From the sequence record MT995927.1: a DNA stretch of 64,000 bases; one strand, written 5' to 3'. How positions within the stretch are numbered: the stretch's first letter is position 1; every line of letters begins with the position of its first letter. Below the pieces are notes generated by a model that saw only the letters and a list, made by a program, of their open reading frames with translations, did not search any database and was not told the DNA's origin. This document shows, piece by piece, positions 12,601 to 30,093 of the stretch. The translations under genes were made by a program, and so were the position numbers.

Positions 12601-13939
12601 TCGAATCTTCTTGAGCTTGCTCGAATGTATTCGCAGAAATCATATTCACGCGATACATGTCGTATGCTTTAGCTCTAATGGCATCGATTAGTTTATCTTC
12701 TTCATCAACTTCAGTATTGATGAATAACTCATCTTCTGGTACATCTGTTACAATGAGTTCCTTCTCTTCTTTAATTTGGCGAGAAGGTGAAGATTCCAGT
12801 GGATCTTTTTCAATGATAAGCTTTGTTACCTCAAGATCACTTTCTGGTGGTGGGGTATATGTTACCTCAATTGCGCCAATATCAATTAAGTTAGTTAAGT
12901 TGGTTGGGTCAAATTGAACATCATCAATAACATCAACTTCAGTTACTTCTTCTTCAACGTTATTAGACTCAACATCCTCAACCTCTTCTGCTTCACCTTC
13001 TTCATAACTAACCGGAGTTTCTTCATCAACAATAATATCTTCATTAAAGATAGGCGTATCTTCTTTAATTAATGAAGTATTACCTTGGTTATATTCAACC
13101 ATCGCTGATACTAGTGAAATAAGGCGCCTAGCTATTTGCTGGGTATCATAACCTTTATCATCTTTAATTTCTGGATCACGACGCCATTGATCAAGCATCC
13201 CTAAGTTAATAACAAAGAATGAACTTTGTACACGGAATAAAAGATTAATGTTACCGTAATACTTAGCATCGATGACATTCATGAAAGAACTTTCACGATC
13301 ATCAGAAACCCAGCGAACTAAATCAAATATATTTAGAATATCAGGTGTATTGAATTGATTAGCTAGATCTTGAGTTAAACCCCCTCGTAGTTTATTAAAA
13401 GAAGAAGGAGGTGGAACTAACTCAGGTAAGTGTACATCAATGAACTGGTTCCAACCAGGAAAACGTTCACATGCAGCCGCTACGCCACTCCAGAATGTAC
13501 GCATGTCATTTGACCAACGGAACCATGTAGCTTTATAAGAAGCCATATAATTCCATTGAGGGTTAATTAAATTATAATTCATTACCAGAATGTTCTGGTT
13601 TGATAATTTAAAACCGGTATCACTGCGTAAAGGTTTAAAGAAACGATTCTGGCGACGAAACTCTTGAATCATTGTTGCTGGGATATTTGAAGTCCTACGT
13701 GGATTACCTTCAAATGTAAGCATATCAGTAACATGCTCAATATATACTTTACCTTGATGTTTGGAGAATAATGGGTCTGTTTGACTAGGACCCATTACTG
13801 CATTATTACCATCGAAGAACTGATAAATGGATTCGAAAGGTAGATCAAGTTTATTTAGAGCATGCAACTTAGGTGACTGAAGTTTAGCATATTCGCGTAC
13901 ACTATAATTTTTCAGAAACTGTGTAATATTTAAGCGCAT
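9584..13939 (-). CDS. virion RNA polymerase beta subunit (phiKZ gp178-like)
   Basis: 1451 aa; SGDVGVIAYL, LEDGSVISE, GVGDKGVVANQMK beta-type motifs. Confidence 0.9.
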   Translation of the reverse strand: MRLNITQFLKNYSVREYAKLQSPKLHALNKLDLPFESIYQFFDGNNAVMGPSQTDPLFSKHQGKVYIEHVTDMLTFEGNPRRTSNIPATMIQEFRRQNRFFKPLRSDTGFKLSNQNILVMNYNLINPQWNYMASYKATWFRWSNDMRTFWSGVAAACERFPGWNQFIDVHLPELVPPPSSFNKLRGGLTQDLANQFNTPDILNIFDLVRWVSDDRESSFMNVIDAKYYGNINLLFRVQSSFFVINLGMLDQWRRDPEIKDDKGYDTQQIARRLISLVSAMVEYNQGNTSLIKEDTPIFNEDIIVDEETPVSYEEGEAEEVEDVESNNVEEEVTEVDVIDDVQFDPTNLTNLIDIGAIEVTYTPPPESDLEVTKLIIEKDPLESSPSRQIKEEKELIVTDVPEDELFINTEVDEEDKLIDAIRAKAYDMYRVNMISANTFEQAQEDSIMYRRLPDPFTDPNDESVEPMTIAEAMEYHPDDLKIPEDTTFEDKPTIVDKSMLGSKLKAIQRKYNKVLLKKDILNSVLSVQKQGVSVTNYKIETVRDSGNHYQIHKVTLKPIRGRSSQVMFRIPVIDNDGRFMSNGVTYRQRLQRADIPIRKVNPRKVALTSYYNKTFVTRSERAENNFDNWLIRAITNRALDGSDMSVHSVTYAELDQSNYVLPRVYTTLGTAFKGFHNHRNVFYFNFKDRNEFFAKQGLHIEDYETDDLIMVGFNGTDAILLDKNSIFYMKTGNELEPIGTITDILGLDLTKAPLEAILMSIGGKELPLGFILAYHHGLNNLLKKLNVNYQRHQRGTRIVVNSTDYTLAFADEILVFDRADYKAMLVLSGLKRYHKSLRRYSVYDFNKRDVYFRVLEEAGLSNRFTRDIDTLFSAWVDPITEGLLKEMGEPTTFEGLLYRSVELLTNDWSPAEVDGAYMRYRGYERMAGAIFNELNRAVRVFNMRNGGSVQTVELDPHVIWRKIVQDPTVATIEDSNPIANIREQEAMTYRGDGGRGPTSMVARTRIYGEADVGVVSESTVDSGDVGVIAYLVPDANFVNMRGVTRMFDPKTDGPARLLSTSALLGVATEHDDPKRINFISIQQQQGIYADGYTVTPVRTGYEQIIAQRTSSIFAVAAEQDGEVVAIDEYGIQVKYADGNVFGYQLGTVHGTAAGVNYPHILVTSLKKGDKFKRGDTITYNKRYFSEDRYTPGQVLWKAGCMAVVAFDDNLDTLEDGSVISEDLAKRLNTQTTAIKNIDVRFDQTIRDMVKVGDHVDLNSILCIIEDPETAAHSLYDEASIETLRKLSAYSPRAKLVGTVSKIECFYHGEIDDMAPSLQALANTSDKQRAERAKSLKEPTFTGQVDANYRVKGRALEYDHMIIRVYIDHDIPCGVGDKGVVANQMKTVFSRVMTGRNETEDGRNIDLLFGNTSVEERMVLSPKIIATTTGILWAAGKHLVAVYRGNTNAKAK

Positions 13940-13941
13940 GA

Positions 13942-14127
13942 TTAATCCCTTTGTTTGGGTTCCCCAGTCATGTACCGAAGAGTTAAATTGAGTGTATGGA
14001 CACCAACACTGAATGCCAGTCGACCATCGGCATGTATATATGCAATACGTTTCTTAAAGAAAGCATCTGTTTCAGCGATAGCTTCCTCTGAATAAACTGC
14101 GTTAAATGATACAGTGTCTCCGTCAAA
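13942..14127 (-). CDS. vRNAP beta' subunit exon 2 (61 aa, FDGDTVSFNAV...KQRD*)
   Basis: own translation of minus strand; completes DFDGD motif; stop 2 nt before vRNAP beta ATG; absent from ORF track. Confidence 0.9.
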   Translation of the reverse strand, partial: FDGDTVSFNAVYSEEAIAETDAFFKKRIAYIHADGRLAFSVGVHTLNLTLRYMTGEPKQRD

Positions 14128-15570
14128 CGTTATGTTCAGTATCAGTCGTTAATTGATACCCGCACCATTACGTGCAGCTCTAGCTCTCGCTAGAAGACCA
14201 GACTATATCTTCACCTACAGCATCATCTGTTTAGGTGCTCTCCATTTCGGATCACTTGATCCTACGGGGCGCAACCCCCTAGTCGTTGAACGTTCCACAT
14301 ATTACAGTTAAGTAACTTAGCGGCTTCGCTGCTGATTGTCTCTACCTAATCATTTTCAAACATTCGCACTTACTGTTTCCAGTTATGCTGTAGTTGATTA
14401 GTTTAACGAGAGTTTCCAGCAATTAGAAGAGTAAAACATATTCATTTCGGAATATGTGGACTTATGTATTTTACTGCATAATTTCTAAAAATACAACCAT
14501 GTTCAGATTTCCTTAGATGATAACCTAAGCAACCTGGTGTGACATTGAAAAACTCGGCGGCTTCCTTCAGTGAGTTTTTTATTAATACAGCTTCAGATTC
14601 TAATGATTCAATATGAATTCTACGATGGGTTTCCACATACATGAGATTATCATTATTCCATGGTGTATCATCATCTTCGTATTTAAACTGTAATGACTGA
14701 TTGTAAACAAGATTACTATTTTTAGTTAAACGTAATCTTAAAGTTTCACCATCTATACCAATTTCTCGGGCGCATTGTTCTATGCTGTAATAACGAGTTA
14801 TATTGGTAGTTATAAGGTCTCTGACCAAAACTGCTTTGGAATTATGAAGTCCATTGATGTGCGCATGTTCGCAATTTCTTTTACGAGTAGCCCATTCAAG
14901 GTTTGTTAAATCATTACAATCTTTAATTGTATTTAAATGATTCACATCAAGTGAATCAACATTACCTGGATATTTTAAAAAAGCTAGACTAAGAAGACGG
15001 TGCATTCCTACAATTGTACGTTTACCTACATCCGGCTGAACACCATACATCAGATAACCATCTTCATTCATGTATGGTGAAAGATGATTACTGCTAACAG
15101 TACTAAGTACTTGTCCAGCGCGATTAATCATGTATCTACTGTATCCGGGAATATAACAGTATTCTTTTATTAATGGATGGGTAAGTTCGCCTTCAGGACA
15201 TGCCCAAATAAAATTAGTTAGGCGATGATTACTTTTATTACCGTCTTTGTAAATAACGCGTAGTTTATGTAGTAACTGCATTGGTAATATGCAGTTTCTA
15301 TACGTAACACCTAATACAACAGATAGTGCCAAACCGTCAAACCATTCACCTGTTGTATGTTCAGGAAAAAGATGTTCGCCTTCATCACTAACCATTGTGG
15401 TCAGTACGCGTTTACTTATACTTTCTCTAGCTATACCACTACAGCTGATTTCATACATGCCACCAGTGTGTGGTATCTTTTTAAATCCTGGATTTTCAAT
15501 GAATTTTTTTAACATGGTTGTTATCCTATTTATTTCCTATAGGATAACTAGATATACAGTATTACAATTA
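14128..15570 (-). mobile_element. group I intron (IA2-like, 1443 nt) in vRNAP beta' gene
   Basis: exon ends in U, intron ends in G; AAUUGCUGGAAA, AAUCAGCAG, GUUCAACGACUA, AAGAUAUAGUCU elements; P3 CUCUUC/GGAGAG; P7 GACUA/UAGUC. Confidence 0.92.
14442..15515 (-). CDS. intron-encoded HNH homing endonuclease (two NUMOD4/HNH-like units, C-terminal HTH-like repeats)
   Basis: YKDGNKSNHRLTNFIW and VHRLL-like GMHRLL..VNHLNTIKDCNDLTNLEWAT; YSIEQCAREIG. Confidence 0.85.
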   Translation of the reverse strand: MLKKFIENPGFKKIPHTGGMYEISCSGIARESISKRVLTTMVSDEGEHLFPEHTTGEWFDGLALSVVLGVTYRNCILPMQLLHKLRVIYKDGNKSNHRLTNFIWACPEGELTHPLIKEYCYIPGYSRYMINRAGQVLSTVSSNHLSPYMNEDGYLMYGVQPDVGKRTIVGMHRLLSLAFLKYPGNVDSLDVNHLNTIKDCNDLTNLEWATRKRNCEHAHINGLHNSKAVLVRDLITTNITRYYSIEQCAREIGIDGETLRLRLTKNSNLVYNQSLQFKYEDDDTPWNNDNLMYVETHRRIHIESLESEAVLIKNSLKEAAEFFNVTPGCLGYHLRKSEHGCIFRNYAVKYISPHIPK

Positions 15571-17040
15571 ATCCGCCCCCAATGGTGCGAGAATAGAAGG
15601 CGATATGGATACTGAGTCATGCCACTGGGCAGGTTTATTTAATTCAAACACAGGGAATTCTAAGGCTGGTTCCAACGTATCATCACGTTCCCATTGATCA
15701 TTTAACGGATAACGTAATTCACCCACTACGGTTGTTTTAACATACATCTTACAGGGGATAGAGCTATTGTAGTTTTCTACAGGATATCGTGTAACAAACG
15801 CTGAGTTTGTTCGCCACATACTTAATCCACTAAGGTAAACTAATTCGGCATAAGTAATGGGTCTAACAAATTTCTTATTTAGATTAGTAGGTAACTCATC
15901 GATGTTACGGAATATTTTAAAATTCTGTTTATCATCAACGTAAATAAGGGCTAGATAATGATCAGCAATTTCAATTGCACGTGAACGTTTTTCAATGACA
16001 TCTAACTCATTGATGATTTGTTCTTGCCCTTCAGGAGTTCCCCATAAATCCATATCTTCGTTAGAGATATCAACCCATTCTAAACGTAGTGTTTTCTTAT
16101 TGATGAGCTGCACAGTGTTAGTAACTGTATCAAACACTTCACCAACTACACCTTGCCTTAGTGCAAAGATTGTACGCGGTGCAACAGAACGAGCTGCTTG
16201 ATGTAAGCCAACTACTGCATCTTTGAATGTTGGTCGATTAGGTGAGTCAAGATCAGCAGCATTAGTATCTAGCGAACTAATTACGTTACGAGTGCCATTG
16301 GCAATACGACGGGATGCCCATTTGGATTGGATATAGCCTCGTTTGCTACCAGCCAGTAACCTTTCATAATGTTCATAAATAGCTAATACTGTATTTTGCA
16401 TCGCTACTCGTTTGCGATCATAGATACTCAAGTCATCATTTGGTCCGAAGCTGTCAGGTACACCAAACGACTGATTTAATAGATACCTATAATGTTCATT
16501 GACCTCATCCATCTCAACACGATTATTCTCATCAATCTCTGCATCACGATAAGCAGCTGGTGTTACAATCATGTCTTTAAAAATACAGTTATCTTTATAT
16601 TTTTCGATTAATTGTAATCTTGATAGCCGAATCCCTGATTTAGTTGACCCAAAGTCAATTCGTTTCCAGTTATCAAAAAAGAATGTATAACCAGTTTTAC
16701 CAGTTAGTTCATCAGCGCGGATAAAATCTTTAATAGATTCGTCAAATACTGCAAATGCCTTACCAAGAATAATTTCTTCATAGAAAGCTTTTAATTTAAT
16801 TAAGTTTCGATATACAGCTGGATGGATAAGTTCTAAACCTAAATGGATATATCCAAATAAACTCTCACGATCAGTTGATCCAACCCTTCCAAAAATGGAA
16901 ACAGAGAACAAACCATCTTCATGAAAGTTACCACCTAAACCTTCAAATATCTCATGACTCTTTACTTGACCTAAGAACTTTAATTGTTCTTTAGTAGGAA
17001 TAAGTAAAGAAATATTAAAAGGAACTAATGCCTTCTTCAT
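15571..17040 (-). CDS. vRNAP beta' subunit exon 1 (phiKZ gp180-like); spliced product 551 aa
   Basis: DGLFSVSIFG, KRGYIQSKWASRR, TRYPV, ends PLGAD at the splice site. Confidence 0.9.
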
Positions 17041-17115
17041 TTTCTATTTTCCTATTTTGGTAATACTAAGTTAAACAACGATATGATACTTTACTAATCG
17101 TCAATGGAGTTTAAT

Positions 17116-25879
<8,764 letters not shown>

Positions 25880-25937
25880 ATACTTGGAATAGTTATTTAT
25901 TGTAACCATTCTTAAACCAATGTAATAGGTAATTAAC

Positions 25938-26243
25938 ATGTCTCTACTTAAAAAGATCGGTCTTGCTCTAATTGGATCAGAAGGACGTAAGGAAGTTTTT
26001 GAACAAGAGTTAACTAAACTATCAAATACTAATGCAGTTATTGATCAAATGGTGATTAATGTACTGGGTAGTAAGAAGAAGTTAAATGACTTCCTAATTG
26101 AAGCTGAAGAAATTGATAATAAGAAACTAGGCTTCATTAAAAATCGAGCCGAACTTATTAAACTAGTCAAATCTAAATATTCACAAGACCCTCGGGTTGC
26201 CGATGTTGTAGTGTCACTTTACATTGGTGGTTTCATTTATTGA
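25938..26243 (+). CDS. hypothetical protein
   Basis: 101 aa ORF. Confidence 0.7.
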   Translation: MSLLKKIGLALIGSEGRKEVFEQELTKLSNTNAVIDQMVINVLGSKKKLNDFLIEAEEIDNKKLGFIKNRAELIKLVKSKYSQDPRVADVVVSLYIGGFIY

Positions 26244-26250
26244 GGTAAGT

Positions 26251-26943
26251 ATGTCTAAACCTAATCTTGAGTGGTTAGCTTCCTTAGAAAGTAAAGAAGC
26301 TAAAAGTACAGTAGATGCTTCTGATATGGATAATGACCAAAAGGAAGGTAGTGATAAATCACAACATGACGAAGCTTCTGAAACTGAGAAGAATATAACT
26401 GCAACTGATATACAAATTGCAATTGAAGAATATGCGCGTATCCGTGCATTAACCACTACTAAAGATCTTCCAGCTGACCCTGAACCAGGCGATACTTATC
26501 ATGTAAATGGGGTAGATTGGATTTATCAAGAAGATGGTGGATGGGTAACTATGCAAGGTATTTATGGCCATGAACATTTTGATGAAAATGGTCTAAATAT
26601 TGAAGCAAGTGGCATTGACCAGAAATCAGGTGCAACTAAACGTTATGTGGTAACTGGTTATAATGCTCAGACTAACCCAGCTGCTATGCCTGGTGATAAC
26701 CTGACTGAATGTGTTATCCTAATGCAGAATGGACTTGTTCCAGAAGTTGGTGTAAATGGCCTAACTGCTGACTGTCTAATTAAAATCGTTAAAGATTTAT
26801 TTGAAGGTTACCAAACAGGCCCATTTGCATGTGAAGAGAATCAGGTAGTGATTAATTCAATGGACCGTGCTCTTAGTGCAATTCATCAACGCTTAGTACG
26901 GCGTAAAGAACAAGGTACTGAAGGTACCTATAGTGGTAATTAA
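26251..26943 (+). CDS. tad1: fusion protein with C-terminal Tad1-like (anti-Thoeris/anti-CBASS sponge) domain
   Basis: ATG 26251 after GAGG; C-terminal ~120 aa GVNGLT..LIKIVKD...YQTGPFACEEN...AL...R..R...GTEGT resembles Tad1 family pattern from recall. Confidence 0.7.
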   Translation: MSKPNLEWLASLESKEAKSTVDASDMDNDQKEGSDKSQHDEASETEKNITATDIQIAIEEYARIRALTTTKDLPADPEPGDTYHVNGVDWIYQEDGGWVTMQGIYGHEHFDENGLNIEASGIDQKSGATKRYVVTGYNAQTNPAAMPGDNLTECVILMQNGLVPEVGVNGLTADCLIKIVKDLFEGYQTGPFACEENQVVINSMDRALSAIHQRLVRRKEQGTEGTYSGN

Positions 26944-26949
26944 CATATT

Positions 26950-26967
26950 GCCTCCCTTCGGGGAGGC
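26950..26967 (+). terminator. hairpin ending tail gene block
   Basis: GCCTCCC-TTCG-GGGAGGC-TTTAT. Confidence 0.8.
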
Positions 26968-26980
26968 TTTATATCGTATT

Positions 26981-27005
26981 AAAAAAAATTTGAGATTTAT
27001 ATTAC
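26981..27005 (+). promoter_or_regulatory. early promoter (TATATTAC 26998-27005)
   Basis: AAAAAAAATTTGAGATTTATATTAC. Confidence 0.75.
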
Positions 27006-27050
27006 TAATGTGTAATTAGGAAAATAACTATCTAGTAAAGAGGAATCATA

Positions 27051-27545
27051 ATGAACGTTGTAATCTTCACTGCCCGACCTATTGGTTATAAAGTTCCTGG
27101 TCCTAACTCCGCTGTAAATAAGTTTGAACTACATACAGCTAATGCACCTAGTGTATATAGTTCTTCACCAGGATTACCAATTACCACTCAAGAAAGTAGT
27201 TGTATCTATACACTCACTTCGAATCATGAGCTAGTCGCTGGCATCACCGATAATGATAACTCCCTCATGGTTTTTAGACTAGTACTTGCGTATAATAATG
27301 ATACAGCTAACTATCTAATTAGTACCCAGGTTATTGATAGTAGCGCTGAACTAAAAGGAGTGGAAATCATTAGTGAACTCAGTTTCAGTGTAATTGATAC
27401 TGGTGCTCATGCGATTCGTCGAGTGAATTCGATCGGTGTATGTGAGGCTGTTGCCGCTCGATGGTCGCCAGTTGCAATTGTAGCTGATACTAGTGGTGAA
27501 GACTTTGGCGATGTATGTACCTCATATATCAAATCGAGTAACTAG
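27051..27545 (+). CDS. hypothetical early protein
   Basis: first ORF after early promoter, SD GAGG. Confidence 0.7.
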   Translation: MNVVIFTARPIGYKVPGPNSAVNKFELHTANAPSVYSSSPGLPITTQESSCIYTLTSNHELVAGITDNDNSLMVFRLVLAYNNDTANYLISTQVIDSSAELKGVEIISELSFSVIDTGAHAIRRVNSIGVCEAVAARWSPVAIVADTSGEDFGDVCTSYIKSSN

Positions 27546-27546
27546 C

Positions 27547-27789
27547 ATGGTAGATAAAGACAAAACAATGGTAGATTTGGTTAAGTCAGCACATGAGCTG
27601 ATTTCACATCTTGACACACTAAATAAAGTAGCAGCTACCATTAATCTAATTGGTATGCCAGATGCTTTAAAAGAAGTAGTTAAACTCCCCGATGTAAAAT
27701 GTGTTGTATATAAACGACCATTAACTGACAATCTAATTAAGATTGTCTTTAATGATGGTAGTTGCTTTGTAATGAAAGATGTAAATTAA
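27547..27789 (+). CDS. hypothetical protein
   Basis: ATG 27547 just after upstream stop. Confidence 0.65.
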   Translation: MVDKDKTMVDLVKSAHELISHLDTLNKVAATINLIGMPDALKEVVKLPDVKCVVYKRPLTDNLIKIVFNDGSCFVMKDVN

Positions 27790-27819
27790 ACCACCACCCT
27801 AAATAGAGAGAGTACTAAA

Positions 27820-28224
27820 ATGTCCATCGAAACCACCAAGAAGTTTATCGAAACTCACAACCTAAATGAAAAAGTAAGCATGTCCGATGCCGGGGTATTC
27901 GAAATCCCGGATGGCCTATTTGAAGAAGTTGTTCTACAACCGGCAGGCGTGACCGCCGAGCAGTATGCTCAGGTACATGAAGGTGCAGGGCAACTGGCAG
28001 CAGCTGTAAGTTATGTATTTGCTGAAAAAGCTGCACCGTACATGAAAGAAAATGAAAACATTGCTGAACTGGGTTATTCCTATAATGCAGGTGGTGCAAC
28101 TGTTTCTGGTATTATCGATCGTAAAGGCGAGCTTGTTACGGTGGTAGATACCAAATATAAGAGCAGCGCTATGAATGATGTTGTTGAAAGTGTAGCCAGC
28201 TTCTTTGAAGATGTCAATAGCTAA
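27820..28224 (+). CDS. acidic hypothetical protein
   Basis: 134 aa ORF followed by hairpin. Confidence 0.75.
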   Translation: MSIETTKKFIETHNLNEKVSMSDAGVFEIPDGLFEEVVLQPAGVTAEQYAQVHEGAGQLAAAVSYVFAEKAAPYMKENENIAELGYSYNAGGATVSGIIDRKGELVTVVDTKYKSSAMNDVVESVASFFEDVNS

Positions 28225-28251
28225 TATATACTAGCTATGTCAATATAATAA

Positions 28252-28278
28252 GATCAGTGGGTGCATTACCCACTGGTC
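28252..28278 (+). terminator. hairpin
   Basis: GATCAGTGGGT-GCATT-ACCCACTGGTC. Confidence 0.65.
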
Positions 28279-28341
28279 ATTTTATATTAAAAAGTTTAAT
28301 GGTTAAATAATACATTTTAATAATTTAAGGAATTGGGTATC

Positions 28342-28674
28342 ATGGCGGATCAGAATTTATTTAAAGAAGTTTATGGTGATAATAAAAAATCACATTCTAA
28401 CGATATCAAATCTAATCTAGTTATTGTAATTGTACAAACTGTTCGACAAAAAGCCATTTCTCAAAAAGTATTGATTGACGATGTTTTCACTAAACTAGGT
28501 ATCTCTGATGAACTTAGTGAAAATATTAAAATGTGTAATTTACCAGCTCTAAGCATTGATGCATTAGTTGACGTTCTATATAGCTTAGGTTATAGGGCTT
28601 CATTAAAATTATCGCAACAAGATTTAAAAGATAACGTTGAAGCAATAATTGAATTTAAGATGAAGGATCAGTAA
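28342..28674 (+). CDS. degenerate XRE/HigA-like helix-turn-helix protein
   Basis: KSNLVIVIVQTVRQKAISQK...LGIS...LSIDALVDVLYSLGY resembles HTH_37 pattern. Confidence 0.5.
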   Translation: MADQNLFKEVYGDNKKSHSNDIKSNLVIVIVQTVRQKAISQKVLIDDVFTKLGISDELSENIKMCNLPALSIDALVDVLYSLGYRASLKLSQQDLKDNVEAIIEFKMKDQ

Positions 28675-29735
28675 TGAATGGTTTATTTGTAAGTATTGAA
28701 GGGAATGAAGGTGTCGGTAAAACGACCGTTACAAAAATGGTTGTTGCGGAGCTTCTTAAACGTGGATATGATGTCGTAACACTACGTGAACCTGGCGGTA
28801 CAAATACATCAGAAGAAATCCGACAAATGCTGATTTGGCCTAAACACAATGATGTTCGACCACCGGAATTTGATGTACTGATGCATAGTGCATATAGAGT
28901 GATGAATGTAGAGAATATCATCTTACCTGCTCTTAAAGAAGATAAGATTGTTATTACCGAGCGATTCATTGCATCGACATATGCTCTAAATGTGTATCCT
29001 TTCGAAGAAACTAATCCATATCTATCAAAATTGTTTATGGATATCCTTCAAGGAACCTTACACTCTATCCCAGAGCCAGCTACCTTCTTCCTGACTGCAC
29101 CTAAAGAGGTACGTGAAGAACGAATTAAGAGAAGTAATAGGCGTCTTGATTATTATGAATCTAAAGGATCTGATTACTTCGATAAGGTTGATAAAGGTTT
29201 TGAACGACTCATCAATCAACCTAGTTCTATTACGGTCGATGCTAATCGTGGTCTAGATGTCATTGTTAATGAAATTGTTGAATCGATTATCTTCTTGCGT
29301 GAAAAACAAAAGAATAAACAATCATCTTTTGATGAGCAGCTATCTGACACATCCTCAAGTAATAGTGAATATGATAGCAATAGTGAAAGTTCGGACATCC
29401 CATGGAATGATGCACAGCAGGAAAATCCTGTAGAAGTATCTGACTGTGATTTACATTTTGATCTAGATACTGAAATCAGTAAGTATCTTGATGAAAATAT
29501 TATCCCTCAGTTATTCGAAGGTGATGAGCGTTTCCTTGCATCTGGTAAGGTTGTGGCACAGAAGTACTGCCAACGAGTTTACGATCAACTACCTGATGGT
29601 GAGAAGCACAAGATGTTCTTAGGTTCAAATAAAGAACGACTAAATCAACAAATTCATAGTTTACTTTACTATGGACATCAATTAGATGCATTCATTGCGG
29701 AAAATGATCTAATTGGTAAAACACTCTGGAAATAA
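28674..29735 (+). CDS. tmk: thymidylate kinase with ~140-aa C-terminal extension
   Basis: FVSIEGNEGVGKTT, TLREPGG, ITERFIASTYA. Confidence 0.9.
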   Translation: MNGLFVSIEGNEGVGKTTVTKMVVAELLKRGYDVVTLREPGGTNTSEEIRQMLIWPKHNDVRPPEFDVLMHSAYRVMNVENIILPALKEDKIVITERFIASTYALNVYPFEETNPYLSKLFMDILQGTLHSIPEPATFFLTAPKEVREERIKRSNRRLDYYESKGSDYFDKVDKGFERLINQPSSITVDANRGLDVIVNEIVESIIFLREKQKNKQSSFDEQLSDTSSSNSEYDSNSESSDIPWNDAQQENPVEVSDCDLHFDLDTEISKYLDENIIPQLFEGDERFLASGKVVAQKYCQRVYDQLPDGEKHKMFLGSNKERLNQQIHSLLYYGHQLDAFIAENDLIGKTLWK

Positions 29736-29772
29736 AATTAATTTATTACTTCGTAACTGGTGAAGAAATTAA

Positions 29773-30024
29773 ATGAGCACTACCCTGACTCTGAAAGAAT
29801 CTAAATATATTCCTGCAACTGAGCTTGATAATCTAGAAGCTTATATTGGTCGCACTTTTTTAGTTGAGCGAAATGGCGTATCAACTGCACATAAGCTAAT
29901 TAAACTATCTCGACGTGATGTTTATCTCGGTTATCCAGATGGTAGGGAAGATTCATTTACATTGTCTATTAATAAGTTTCGGAAGTTCTATAAGCTAGCT
30001 CCATCTAGTCGCGATAAAAAATAA
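29773..30024 (+). CDS. hypothetical protein
   Basis: 83 aa ORF before hairpin. Confidence 0.7.
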   Translation: MSTTLTLKESKYIPATELDNLEAYIGRTFLVERNGVSTAHKLIKLSRRDVYLGYPDGREDSFTLSINKFRKFYKLAPSSRDKK

Positions 30025-30037
30025 AACACGATATAAT

Positions 30038-30060
30038 AGAGTCCCCATTACGGGGACTCT
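30038..30060 (+). terminator. hairpin
   Basis: AGAGTCCCC-ATTAC-GGGGACTCT then T-rich. Confidence 0.8.
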
Positions 30061-30093
30061 TCTTTATAATTTTTTTGTTAAAAGGTATATCAA

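Noticed and set aside
9108-12917. Plus-strand and alternate-frame ORFs overlapping vRNAP beta and its neighbour
   Set aside because: Shadow ORFs of well-supported genes
15289-15615. 108-aa plus-strand ORF across the intron 5' end
   Set aside because: Antisense to HNH and RNAP exon; no supporting signal
15568-17040. vRNAP beta' as a truncated 490-aa gene or pseudogene
   Set aside because: The TAA is the first three bases of a group I intron; exon 2 restores DFDGD
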